From contig NC_057750.1 of the NCBI RefSeq assembly GCF_004010195.1, forward strand, positions 15,432,537-15,496,536: a stretch of DNA of 64,000 nt, read 5' to 3'. The notes beneath the pieces were generated by a model. That model ran no database searches and had not been told where the DNA came from. It saw only the letters and a program-made list of their open reading frames with translations. Below, piece by piece: positions 12,625 to 24,745 of this stretch. Within the stretch, counting starts at the first letter, position 1; each line of letters opens with the position of its first letter. The translations under genes were made by a program, and so were the position numbers. Source of the stretch: Chiloscyllium plagiosum. Lineage: Eukaryota.

Positions 12625-13260
12625 TCATAGGGTTATGCAGCATGGAAACAGACCCTTCAGTCCAACTCATCCATGCCAACCATATCCTAAAATGATCTCG
12701 TCAGATTTGCCAGCATTTGGCCCATACCCCTCTAAATTCCCCCTACTCATTTACCCATCAGATACCTTTTAAATGTTGCAATTGTACCAGTCACCACCAC
12801 TTCCACTGGCAGCTTGTTACACAAATGCACCATCCACTGCATGAAAAGGTCGTTTTTCATGTCCCTTAAATCTTTCCCCTCTCACCTTAAACCTATGCCC
12901 TCCAATTTTACATTCACCTACTCTGACAAAGAGACCTTGGCTATTCACCCTCATGATTTAGTAAACTTCTATAAGGTCACCTCTCAGTCTCAGATACTCC
13001 AGGGGAAAAAATGCCTCAGCCTATCCAGCCTCTCCCGATAGCTCAAACGCTCCAATCCTGCCAACATCTTTCAAAATCTTTTCTGAACCCTTTCACAGCT
13101 AATAACATCTTTCAAATAGCAGGAAGACTGGAATAGACAGTATTCTAAGCAATGGCCTCACCAATGTCCTGCACAGCTGCTATGTTATGTCCAGTTCCGA
13201 TACTCACCAATGAACTGATCAAAGAAGGTAAGCACGCCAAACCTCTTCTTCACCACTGTC
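12625..13260 (-). mobile_element. CR1-type LINE 3' fragment
   Basis: Starts with the reverse-complemented tail CAGCATGGAAACAGACCCTTC and continues into decayed ORF2. Confidence 0.88.
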
Positions 13261-13439
13261 GTTCCTTACAAACGACCGTTCTTTCTGTCTACTGAAAGAG
13301 TCAACAGGCAATGAAGCAGGGGTTGAAAGTAAATGTTATATTGTTGAGATGGAGCATTCTGGAGTTTCAACACATATTGCTCATAGATATTGTACTTAAA
13401 CTTGGCCATTGCACACAGGGAGAAGCTTTAATTCTTAAA

Positions 13440-14520
13440 GGCAAATTAGGGCAGGACTTCTACACTTTATGTTAAGGTCTTGGGGAGTGTTGCTGAACAA
13501 AGAGACCTTGGGGCGCAAGCTCATAGTTCCTTGAAAGTGGAGTAAACAGTAAAAAGTGCAACAGTAGTAGACTCATCAACTTTATGAGCATTTAAATGGT
13601 CCTTGGATAGACATACGGACGAAAATGGAATAGCGCAGGTTAGTTGGGCTTCAGATTGATTTCACAGGTCGGCGCAACAGAGGGCCGAAGGGCTTGTACA
13701 GCGCTGTAATGTTCTAATTTCTATGTTCTATGAGTCACAGGTAGATTGGATAGTGAAGACGGCGTTTGGTATGCTTTCCACTATTGGTCAGAGCATTGAA
13801 TATAGGAGCTGGGAAGTCATGTTGCAGCTCTACAGGCCATTGGTTTGGCCACTTTTGGAATATTGTGTGCAATTGTGGTCTCCCTCCTATCCGAAGGATG
13901 TTGTGAAACTTGAAAGGGTTCAGTAAAGATTTACAAGGATTGTGCCAGGGTTAGAGAATTTAAGCTGTACAAAGAGGGTGAATAGGCTGGGGCTGTTTTT
14001 CCTGGACTGTCAGAGGCTGAGGGGTTACCTTATAGAGATTTTTAAAATCATGAGGGGCATGATCAGGGTAAATAGACAAGGTCATTTTCTTAGGCGAAAG
14101 TGAGGACTGCAGATGCTGGAGATCAGGGTCTAGATTAGAGTGGTGCTGGAAAAGCACAGCAGGTCAGGCAGCATCCAAGAAGCAGGAAAATTGACGTTTC
14201 GGGCAAAAGCCCTTCTTCCTGGCATGAGGAAGTCCAGAACTAGAGAGCATAGGTTTAGGGTGAGAGGAAAAATTTAAAAGCGACCTAAGGGGCAACTTTT
14301 CATGCAGAGGGTGGTGCATATATCAAATGAGCTGCCAAAGAGCATGGTGGACGCTCATACAAATACAACATTTAAAAGGCATCTGGATGGGTATATAAAT
14401 AGGAAGGGTTTAGATGGATATGGGCCAAGTGCTGGCAAATGGAATTAGATTAGTTTAGGATATCTGGTTGGCATGGACGGCTCGGACCTGCTTCCGTGTT
14501 GTACATCTCTATGACTCTAA
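13440..14520 (+). mobile_element. CR1-type LINE 3' part with nested inserts (~13555-13730 other LINE tail; ~14092-14215 PLE terminus, minus)
   Basis: IEYRSWEVMLQLYRPLVWPLLEYCVQLWSP...LERVQ; canonical tail at ~14490-14520. Confidence 0.88.
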
Positions 14521-16399
14521 CTGCTACACTGTTCCAGTGAATTTTAAGCTACTTCACAACCATCAAGCAGTAACATCAGCAATTTTAGACCATAACCATT
14601 AATCAAAACAGACAATGTTCAGACGTTGCCTTTACAACCACTGTGGAGAATCTTTTGTTTCTTTCTCATATTCTCATCCCCTCCCCCCACCCACCCACAC
14701 ACTGCCTTGCACCAACATTCCTTGTTGTTATTTAATCTTCTCTGCATTCCACGCTATCACAGGCTGTCCCTTTTGTTCATTTCTCCTCTGCCTCTGCATT
14801 TGTTCAATTACAGAATCTCTAAAGTCTTGTACTTCTGACTTGAAACATTAACTCTTTCCTTCTCCTCATTAGTTATGTCTCCTCAGAATTTGAAATATCT
14901 CCTATTTGTAGTTTGCATTTGAAAGTCACACATTAACTGAGACATAGGAACCTATAATAGAAGAATTTAAAATGGACACCGTGTACCTGTAATGCTGTCA
15001 CACTGCAACTACACTCACCAACCAGTGGGGACACTGAACTGCTGCATTAAGCTTAGATCAGTCCATCAGAGCCACTGGCTATCATTTGATGCAGAATATG
15101 TTCTAAACGACTGCGAGACAGTGTCCCTTCACGTGCCATGCTTGCAAAGAAGTTTTAAATTTAAATGTTATTTCAAATACTTCATGAAGTCAATTATTAC
15201 ACATTACAAGAGAATGCAAAGTGTGCCCTATTCCTTGTTACAATGTTGGACCATGTCTCGGTGGAGTCCAGTAGAAAGACAACACGAAAACTGTCTCAGT
15301 TTGTGGTGCCCGACTGAATCCATGCCAGCTGGACCCCATTTCATTTCCCAATACAAGATCCATCTACAGTTCTGCATTGCCATCCACCTCAGCTTTAAGC
15401 CAAGCACAAGCTAAGAATTGGTTTGAGCAAAAACCTGAGCAAAACATTCCTTCAATAATTCTGGAGAAAATCAGAATTTGAGTACACGTAATTTGATGAG
15501 CAAATCAAACAGGACAACCAGCAGCTTATCCCTAGGACATAGGTAATCAGAAAAATAGAAACCTATTGATTAATATTAGTCTACTTAACAACAGCTCTGT
15601 ACAGTTCCACTGTAATCGTTAGCCTGACTAAACAGAAGCTATGCAGTTACACAATGAGCAATCCCTTCCGGCGCTCAGTAACAGAAACCCTGTACAATTA
15701 CAGTGCTAAGCAGAAAGTATCGATAACACTAAATGATCCCACAACCAAGGGATCAAGTCTAAGCTCTGGAATCCTTGTCAGGCAAAGTAACACAGTATGC
15801 AACCCTTAACCTGCTGGGAAATAGAACTCCATACAGTCACACTGATACTTTGGTCTGGTGAATGCAGTAATTCAACAGAGTTGAATTCAGGTCCAATGCT
15901 TCATTTTGATTAGTATGGTAAAAGCAGGCCAGCTGCACCTTGTGCTCCTGATATAACATTAGACCATAGAAAACAACTAATCTGCAATTAGACACCAAAC
16001 ATAACAGTCCCCACAGTCAGCTCAAAACGTTATTCTGTAGGTTGTGAGGTTACCAGGGAGCAGAGAGCACGAGAGAAGGGAGGGAGTGAAGTGTAACTAA
16101 AACAGCTTAGCTAACATTGCATTCTTGATGGCCAGTTGCATCTCAGCCCCTTAATTATCTTTCCACAAAAAGCAGACATGGAAGTTACAATTTATCATGA
16201 ATACATGTATAAAATGAAACATTTGTCTCCCTAAATTAATAGTCAGAAAAAAGCAATCCGGGGATAACTGACAAAATTATGCAATGGTCTAATCTGAATT
16301 GAGCATAAAGTTATCACAGTATCAGCAAAATCTGGATTTGGAGATCTGGGAAAAGCACAGCTCACCTTTACAGGCTCTGCAGCATACGGGGATGCAGGT

Positions 16400-16640
16400 G
16401 ATGTACAGTCACGTGCCTGCAGCATCGACAAAGATTTCTCTTACCCAGGCAGACTCCCGCCGCCCCATTCAACCCACAGGTAGCCACGCAGAATGCCTTA
16501 ACAGAGCGGAGCAGATCAGAGCAGCTCAGCTCACAGCCTGCTCCCCTCCTCTGGTCATTTCCTGCAACACCCTCCTTCATCTGGTCCTGCTTGCTACAAA
16601 AGGCAAGGTGACGTAACCTGGTTGCCTGGCAACCCATTAC
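16400..16640 (-). promoter_or_regulatory. Candidate intronic promoter/enhancer (X-box, CRE-like site, E-box)
   Basis: GTTGCCTGGCAAC at 16621-16633, TGACGTAA at 16609-16616, GTCACGTG at 16408-16415, in apparently unique, locally GC-richer sequence. Confidence 0.4.
16445..16468 (-). CDS. Candidate coding part of an alternative first exon (MGRRESAW)
   Basis: Minus strand TGA ATG GGG CGG CGG GAG TCT GCC TGG|GTAAGA: 8 codons, strong phase-0 donor, same strand and phase as the ITPK exon. Speculative. Confidence 0.3.
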
Positions 16641-16904
16641 CTGCACATAAAAAAAGTTTCCATTACAAACAGCTATGTGGTTTCTGTGACAAGTTGATCA
16701 AAACATCCAAAGCGTTGAGAGTGGCAGAGTTATTAAATCACCTACAAATAGCTCTTCTTGCAACCAACAATCCTGTGAGGGCAGTATACACAACCTGTAG
16801 ACAGAGATACTATTAACAGGAATAAAGTGGTAATGTATACTTAGAGCTAAAATGGGTAATAGACTCCTTTTCTGGTTTATAGTATTATAGAATCATCTGA
16901 ATAT

Positions 16905-17280
16905 ACAAATTAGGAGTAGGTGGTCTATCCCTTGCTCAGTTACTCAGTAAGATCATGGCTGCTCTGATGACCTCTCATTCCTGCCTACCCGTGATATCCC
17001 TTCACGCCCTAATCAAAAATCTACCGACATCTGCCTTGAAAAGATGCAAAACTTCTACTACCACCTCTCATGGAGAATTATAAAGACTCACCATGTTCAG
17101 AAAAAAATTCTCATCTCTACTTTAAGTGGACAATCTCTCATATTTAAACAGAATCAGGAATCTCCCAGAAGAGGAGATATCTTTTCCAGGTAGATCCTGT
17201 TGAAATTCCCCAAGATCTTACGTATTTCGAACAAGTTGCTTCTAAACTCCAATAGGTAAAATCCTAGCCTGTCCAATCGA
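16905..17280 (-). mobile_element. Decayed CR1-type LINE 3' fragment
   Basis: AGGAGTAGG...AAGATCATGGCTG tail family shared with 18915, 21990 and 27790. Confidence 0.65.
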
Positions 17281-17604
17281 AACCCAGAACACTTACAGCA
17301 CAGAAGGCCAAATCAATTATTATGCCAAATGTATATCCTTTACATTTAGAAGCCAGTTCTCTTTCTCCTGCTCAGACTTGGTACCATGCAGTTTACTGGT
17401 AATGACAGCAACTTGCACGAGCCTCTTCTGATTATTACCCTCCCTCTGTAATGATAATTACCACCACCAAAAGGACGTTCACAGCCACAGCACAGACACA
17501 TGGCCAACGGACGTTTTCCTGGGACTTGTACTGATGATAAGCCGACCTACCTTCAGTATTGGCTTATCAATACGCCCACCAGCAACACCTGCCTATGTTA
17601 GACC

Positions 17605-19455
17605 ATGCAGGAGGCTGGAAGAACACAGCAAGCCCAGCAGCATTAGTAGGTGGAGACGTCAATGTTTTGGGTATAACTCTTCTTCAGGATTCGGGGTGGG
17701 GGTGAGGGGAGCTGCAGATTGGTGGCTGTGTTTGGGTGGGGAGAGGGGCAGAGTGGTGAGGTAGTGATAGGTGAACACTGTTAGAGAGTACAGCCTGGTT
17801 GATCAATGGGAGGAATGAATCCGGTTTGTGGCTGGAAGGAAGGTTGGTAAGTGGAAGGGAAGGGAGGGGGGCGCTGGAAAGGAAGTCGGGAGCTGGGAAG
17901 GGAGGTTATTTGAAACCAGAGAACTCAATGTTGAGACCGCGCACTGTACACTGCCCAGGTGGAAGATGAAGAGTTGCTCCTCCAATTTGCGGTCCCTTTT
18001 CAGTACACACACACACAGGCACTGTTCCCCAACTCTTCCGGCATTACATCGATGGCTGTGTGAGTGCAGCATTCTCCATCCAGGCTGAACTGGAGCAGTT
18101 CATCCACTTCACCAAACAACTTCTACCCCGCCCTTACATTCACATGGTCCAGCTCGGATACCTTCCTCCCTTTCTTGACCTCTTCGTTTCCATCTCTGTT
18201 TACTATAAACCCACAGACTCCCATAACTACCTGGACTACACCTCCTCCCACCCAGTATCCTGCAAAAACTTCATTCCATTTTCCCAATTCCTCCGTCACA
18301 TCTGCTCAGACAAGGAGACATTCCACTCCCAAGCATCCCAGATGTCGACCTATTTTGAACAATGTGCTTCTCCACCCTCTGTCATCCAGACGGCCCTCCA
18401 TCACACTCCCCCATTCCCCGCTCCACTACTCTAATCCCCCTCCCCCTCCCCCTCCAAACATAATAAAGGCAGAGTTCCCCTTGTCCATACCTTCCACCCC
18501 GCCAAGTCTCCGCATCCAACTTATCTCTATATTGGGGAGATGAGACATAAACGAAGGGCTCGTTTCATCAAGCATCTCAGCCGGGCCCACAAGAGTCGAC
18601 CTGACCTCCCAGTCACCCCCCCATTTCAATTACCCCTCCCACTCCCTTTCTGACATGACCATCCTCAGTCTCATCCATTGCCTCAGTGAGTCAGACCGCA
18701 AATTGCAGGACCGCCACCTCATCTTCCGCCTGGATAGCCTACACCCCGCTCCCCCCACTCCATTCCACTTACCGACCCTTCCCTTCAGTCACCAACCAGA
18801 TTCATTACTCCCATCAACCAACCGGGCCATATCCTCTACCTGCGTTCACCTATCACCACCTCACCACTCCGCCCATCTCCCCACCCAAAACCAGTTAACC
18901 ACCCCCCCAGCACTCAATAGACAGTAGGTGCAGGAGTAGGCCATTCTGCCCTTCGAGCCTGCACCACCATTCAACATGATCATGGCTGATCATCCTTAAT
19001 CAGTATCCTTAACCCTTGATTCCACTATCCTTGAGAGCTCTATCCAACTCTTTCTTAAATGAATCCAGAGACTGGGCCTCCACTGCCCTCTGGGGAAGAG
19101 CATTCCACACAGCCACCACTCTCTCGTTGAAGAAGTTTCTCCTCATCTCTGTCCTAAATGGTCTACCCCGTATTTTTAAGCTGTGTCCTTTGGTTCGGCA
19201 CTCACCCATCAGCGGAAACATGTTTCCTGCCTCCAGAGTATCCAATCCCTTAATAATCTTATATGTCTCAATCAGATCCCCTCGCAGTCTTCTAAACTCG
19301 ATTTGCTCTCTGCCCCTAACCCTACCCTCAGTCCTGAAGAATGGTTATACACAAAGTGTTGACTTCTCCACCTCCAGATTGCTGTGTTCTTCCAACCTCC
19401 TGCCTGTCTACTTTGGGTTTCAGCACCTGCACTTTTTTTTGTCTCTACATTAGAT
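17605..19455. mobile_element. PLE with inverted 5' terminal repeat (17605-17995, minus) and plus-strand RT/EN remnant (18030-18910, 19300-19455)
   Basis: VYYKPTDSHNYLDYTSSHP.SCKN.IPFSQF and a YIG-type EN remnant; 17605-17995 is the reverse complement of 18680-18880 plus 19320-19420. Confidence 0.8.
18915..19300 (-). mobile_element. CR1-type LINE 3' fragment nested in the PLE
   Basis: MFPLMGECRTKGHSLKIRGRPFRTEMRRNFFNERVVAVWNALP...FKKELDRAL. Confidence 0.9.
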
Positions 19456-19457
19456 CA

Positions 19458-20945
19458 GAAAGTCATAGAGATGTACAGCATGGAAACAGACCCTTCAGTC
19501 CAACCCATACATGCCGACCAGATATCCCAAACCAATCTAATCCCACCTGCCAGCACCCGGCCTATATCCCTCCAAACCCTTCCTATTCATATACCCATCC
19601 AAATGCCTCTTAAATGTTGCAATTGTACCAGCCTCCACCACATCCTCTGGNNNNNNNNNNNNNNNNNNNNNNNNNNNNNNNNNNNNNNNNNNNNNNNNNN
19701 NNNNNNNNNNNNNNNNNNNNNNNNNNNNNNNNNNNNNNNNNNNNNNNNNNNNNNNNNNNNNNNNNNNNNNNNNNNNNNNNNNNNNNNNNNNNNNNNNNNN
19801 NNNNNNNNNNNNNNNNNNNNNNNNNNNNNNNNNNNNNNNNNNNNNNNNNNNNNNNNNNNNNNNNNNNNNNNNNNNNNNNNNNNNNNNNNNNNNNNNNNNN
19901 NNNNNNNNNNNNNNNNNNNNNNNNNNNNNNNNNNNNNNNNNNNNNNNNNNNNNNNNNNNNNNNNNNNNNNNNNNNNNNNNNNNNNNNNNNNNNNNNNNNN
20001 NNNNNNNNNNNNNNNNNNNNNNNNNNNNNNNNNNNNNNNNNNNNNNNNNNNNNNNNNNNNNNNNNNNNNNNNNNNNNNNNNNNNNNNNNNNNNACCTCCA
20101 ATTTTGGTGTCATCTGCAAACTTACTAACTGTACCTCTTATGCTCGCATCCAAATCATTTATGTAAATGACAAAAAGTAGAGGACCCAGCACCAATCCTT
20201 GTGGCACTCCACTGGTCACAGGCCTCCAGTCTGAAAAACTACCCTCCACCACCACCCTCTGTCTTCTATCTTTGAGCCAGTTCTGTATCCAAATGGCTAG
20301 TTCTCCCTGTAATCTATGAGTTCTAATCTTGCTAATCAGTCTCCCATGGGGAACCTTGTCGAACACCTTACTGTCGTCCATATAAATCACATCTACCGCT
20401 CTGCCCTCATCAATTCTCTTTGTTACTTCTTCAAAAAACTCAATCAAGTTTGTGAGAGATGATTTCCCACCCACATAGCCATGTTGACTATCCCTAATCA
20501 GTCCTTGCTTTTCCAAATACATGTACATCCTGTCCCTCAGGATCCCCTCCAGCAACTTGCCCACCACCGACGTCAGGCTCACTGGTCTATAGTTCCCTGG
20601 CTTGTCCATACCACCCTTCTTAGACAGTGGCACCACGTTAGCCAACTTCCAGTCTTGTGGCACCTCACCTGTGACTATCGATGACACAAATATCTCAGCA
20701 AGAGACCCAGCAATCACTTCTCTAGCTTCTCACAGAGGTCTGGGGTACACCTGATCAGGTCCTGGGGATTTATCCACCTTTAACCGTTTCAAGACATCCA
20801 GCACTTCCTCCTCTGTAATCTGGACATTTTTCAAGATGTCACCATCTATTTCTCTACAGTCTATATCTTCCATCTCCTTTTCCACAGTAAACACTGATGC
20901 AAAATACTCATTTAGTATCTCCCCCATTTTCTGCGGCTCCACACA
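19458..20945 (-). mobile_element. CR1-type LINE ORF2 (reverse transcriptase) plus 3' tail, with internal gap
   Basis: [67 protein letters not shown]. Confidence 0.95.
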
Positions 20946-21479
20946 GATCATGCACTGCATTTTTAAAAAAATCTTCAATTCACTGTTAGTTATTGTGTTC
21001 ATCATTTGAAATCCATGATCACTGCCTCTTGGCTTTCCAACTGATGAGTAATTTAGACTCCACGTGAATTTGAAGACCCCTATCAAATCTCCTCTCGACT
21101 ATCTCAAAGACAAGTAATCAGCTTCTCCAATTTTTATCTGTCCTCACGGGTGAAGGATATCAGTTTCATTAATGTTTCCGGCAACCTCTCTGGGGCCTTC
21201 ACATATTTCCCAAAGTGTAATGCTCAAAACTGGACACGCTATTTGAGGTAGAATCAATATTTTGTAAAATTTCATCATAACATGTGCTTTTGTCCTATAT
21301 CTCCCTATTATACAGCCCAATGTACTCAGGCAACTTCACCATTTTGTGGACATACATCAGTCCCTTGGTTCTTGCGCCCCTAGACTGATGTTGCCTCTCT
21401 TCATTCTTCCTACCAAAATAAGCCACTTCAAACCAGTTTGTTCCATTAAATTCATTTCTGCAAATTCCACCTCTTGAAA

Positions 21480-21835
21480 TGGGAAGCGATGGCCTAGTGG
21501 TATTATTGCTGGATTGTTAATCTAGAGACACAGGTAATGTTCTCGGGGCATTTCAAATAATGCCATGGTTGATGGTGGAATTTTGAATTAATTAAAGATC
21601 TGGAATTAAGAGTCTAATGATGACCATGAATCCATTGCCAATTGTCAGAAAAACCAATCTACTTCACTCATGCCTTTTAGAGAAGGAAGCTGCCATGCTT
21701 ACCTGGTCTGGCCTACATGTGATTCCAGACCCAGAATACTGTGGTTAACTTTTACCTGCCCTGTGGGCAATTAGGGATGGGCAGTTAATGCTGGCCAAGC
21801 CAGCAAGTTCACATTCCATGAATGAATGTTTCAAA
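21480..21835 (+). mobile_element. tRNA-derived SINE (same family as 7385-7715)
   Basis: TGGCCTAGTGG box A; CTTACCTGGTCTGGCCTACATGTGA.TCCAGACCC core; (TGAA)n tail. Confidence 0.78.
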
Positions 21836-21989
21836 AAATGTCACGAGTTCCCTCCTAGCTCACATGGCTTTCAATCTTGCCATTTTAAAATTTTGAAATT
21901 TTGGCCCCCAATAAATAAAAACAAAAGCAATGGACCCAGAAAAGGAAATTTAGTCATTCTTATCTGATCTGGCCTCCACGTGTCTCTAG

Positions 21990-23030
21990 ACCATAAAATG
22001 TAGGAGTAAAAGTACACCATTCAGCCCATGGCTCTGCCATTCATTGAAATCATGGATGGTTTGATAACTTTCAACTCTACTTTCCTGCCTTTTCCTCATA
22101 ATTCTTGATTCCTTACTGATTAAAAAAAATTGTCTATCTCAACCTTAAATACACTTAGCAACCCAGCCTCATAGCACTTTATGGTAAACAGGTTCACTAC
22201 CTCAGAGAAGAATATTCTCCACACCATTATCGCAAGCCCTTATTCTAAGATCATATTCTCTAGTCTTAGACTTTTGCACATGGAGACATAAACTTTCTGT
22301 ATCTACCCTGTCAAGTCCCCATGGAATCTTAAATGTTTCAATCAGGTTGCCTCTCAATCTTCAAAATCTCAATCAGCATGAGCCCAGTATACCCAAACTT
22401 CCAAATCACTGTGCTATAGGATTCTGCAGTTTTTCTCCATTTCAAGTAATATTCAGCTTCTCTATTCTTTCTACCAAAGCACACAGCAGTGTGGTTAACT
22501 TTTAACCATTGTTTGAAATGGCCTTGCAAGTCACTCAGTTGCATAACAATTTGGGATAGGTACAGATGCTAGCTTTACCAGCAACATCCATGTATCAAAG
22601 AATAAAGAAAATACTAACCTGTAAGGAACCCCAAAGTACACCTCTCTCAGTGCAACAAATTGTTTATCAGCACTCTGTTTCCTGGCATTTAACCATCTAC
22701 AAATCTATGCCACCACTATCCCATTAATTTCAAGAACTCGAAGTTTGCTAGAAAGGCTGTTCAATGGCATTTCAGCAAATATCCTTTGGAAGTCCTCAGC
22801 ACATACCCGTCATCAAACAAATTAATTTAGCATGTTTCGCCTTTAAACAAATATGTGATGGCTTTGTTTAATTAATCTAAACTTTTTGAATTAACTGTCA
22901 ATTTTGTCCCAGAACATTGTTTCTAAAAGATATCCCACCATTGATGTTAAACTGACTAGCTTCTCATTGATGGCTTGAACCTTGCAACATTTTTTTTAAT
23001 AAGGGTACAACATATGCAATGTGTCGCACC
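21990..23030 (-). mobile_element. Old CR1-type LINE fragments
   Basis: Reverse-complemented tail at 21990-22150, decayed ORF2 downstream. Confidence 0.6.
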
Positions 23031-23999
23031 TTTGATCTTTAGCCCACAGCACTTGAGCTCTGACCCTGGTTGCATTTTTTTTTATTGGCAAGGAGAGAAA
23101 TGAGAATCATTGAAGAGGTTGACATTTCAGCAAGTTGGAGAAAAAGCAGGATGACAGGCGGTTTGAGGGGTTGGTGAATGGAGTTGTAGGAAACAGAAAA
23201 GGGGATGAGATCAGGGTGAAGCTGGTGAAGAAATGTTCAGTTCTGGTCTTCATATCATTGAAGCCTGTGCAAAACTAAAACAAAACAAAAAGAAAATTGG
23301 TGAATTGATCCCAGAACTGAGGGAGAAGACCATCAAACTTGACATCTTTCCTCAAAAGGCGAAGTTGGAGAGGTGATCTAACTGCTGTCTTTCAGATTTT
23401 CATTTCCGCCTGTGATTAAAACCAGAACAAAGGGCCAGAAAGATAAATAGTCGCTCATCAATCCAATATGAAATTCAAGATAACATCTTTACCCAGTGAG
23501 TAATTATAATGTGGAATATGCTGCTACAGAGAATGATAGAGGCAAACAACATTCGCATATTTAAAGGGGAGCTAGCTGAGCACAAGTGCAAAAAGAAAGA
23601 GAAATGGTGCTAGGGTTAGACAAAGGAGGGCGGAAGGAATTCCATGTGGAGCACATACATTCTCTTGGAAATTATTAGATCAAGTGGCCTTTTTCTGTCC
23701 TGTAAACATTTGTAAATGTGGAGTTTAAAATGAAAGTCAAGATCAAACAGTACCCAATATGGTACAGCCTGAACACAGGCAAGGGACAGAAATGGAATTC
23801 GGACAGAGCTTTTGGCAGGAGCTAAATGAGACGGCGACAATTTTCTCCGGGTCACATTTTAAAGATTTTAGATGACCCATAACACTGACAGTCTGGCCAT
23901 AGAGTGATGGACAGTGCACTGGGAAGCCAGGTGCAATAGCAGATGTACTCAACCTATTTAAAGGTCCTTTTAAAACCTACAAATCCCTGAACACTATAG

Positions 24000-24197
24000 G
24001 TAATTCACCATGGCCAATTCAGTTCACCTGCACACTTTTCAATTGTGGGAAGAAACCGGAGCACCTGGAGGAGACTCATGCAGACACGGGGACAATGAGC
24101 AAACTCCACACAGACATTTGCCCGAGGCTGATATTGAACCCACGCCCCTGGCGATGTGAGGCAGCAGTGCCAACCACTGAGCCACCGCGCTGCTTGC
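24000..24197 (-). mobile_element. V-SINE (HE1-like), partial
   Basis: GCGCGGTGGCTCAGTGGTTGGCACTGCTGCCTCAC head and TGTGTGGAGTTTGC V-domain core. Confidence 0.85.
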
Positions 24198-24221
24198 ACA
24201 CTGCTTACAATTCCACTCTCC

Positions 24222-24745
24222 CTGCTATAGGAAGGATGCTATGAAACTTGAAAGGCTCCTGAAAAGATTTACAAGGATATTGCCATGGTAGGAGGGTTTG
24301 AGCTTTAGGGAGAGGCTGAATAGGCTGGGGCTGTTTTCCCTGGAGTGTCAGAGGCTGAGGGGTCACCTTATAGAGGTTTATAAAATCATGAGGGGCATGA
24401 GTAGGATAAATAGACATGGTCTTTTCCATGGGGCGAGGGTGTCTAAAAACAGATGGCATTGGTTTAAGGTGAGGGAGAAGATTTAAAAAGAGACCTGAGG
24501 GGCAACTTTTTCGTGTACAGGGTGGTCGTGTATAGAATGAACTGCCAGAGGAAGTGGAGGCGGCCGGTACAATTACAACAATTAAAAGGCATCCTGATGG
24601 GTATATGAATAGGAAGGGTTTGGAGGGATATGGGCCAAATGCTGGCAAATGGGACTAGATTAATTTAAGATATCTGGTCAACATGGAGAGTTGGACCAAA
24701 AGATTTGTTTCCGTGCTGTACATTTCTAAAACTCTATGACTCTAA
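24222..24745 (+). mobile_element. CR1-type LINE 3' fragment
   Basis: RERLNRLGLFSLECQRLRGHLIEVYKIMRG plus tail. Confidence 0.92.

Noticed and set aside
15310..15345. Minus-strand GVQLAWIQ resembling the ITPK WVQLAGH motif
   Set aside because: Flanking residues do not match (no YPW, SPF or GHAG) and no fitting exon structure was seen.
16368..16646. 92-aa minus-strand ORF as a gene
   Set aside because: Non-ATG start and no recognisable domain; the motif cluster and splice donor explain the region better.
19587..20717. Intact or domesticated reverse transcriptase gene
   Set aside because: 5'-truncated CR1 copy lacking the endonuclease, with a frame break upstream and altered conserved residues.
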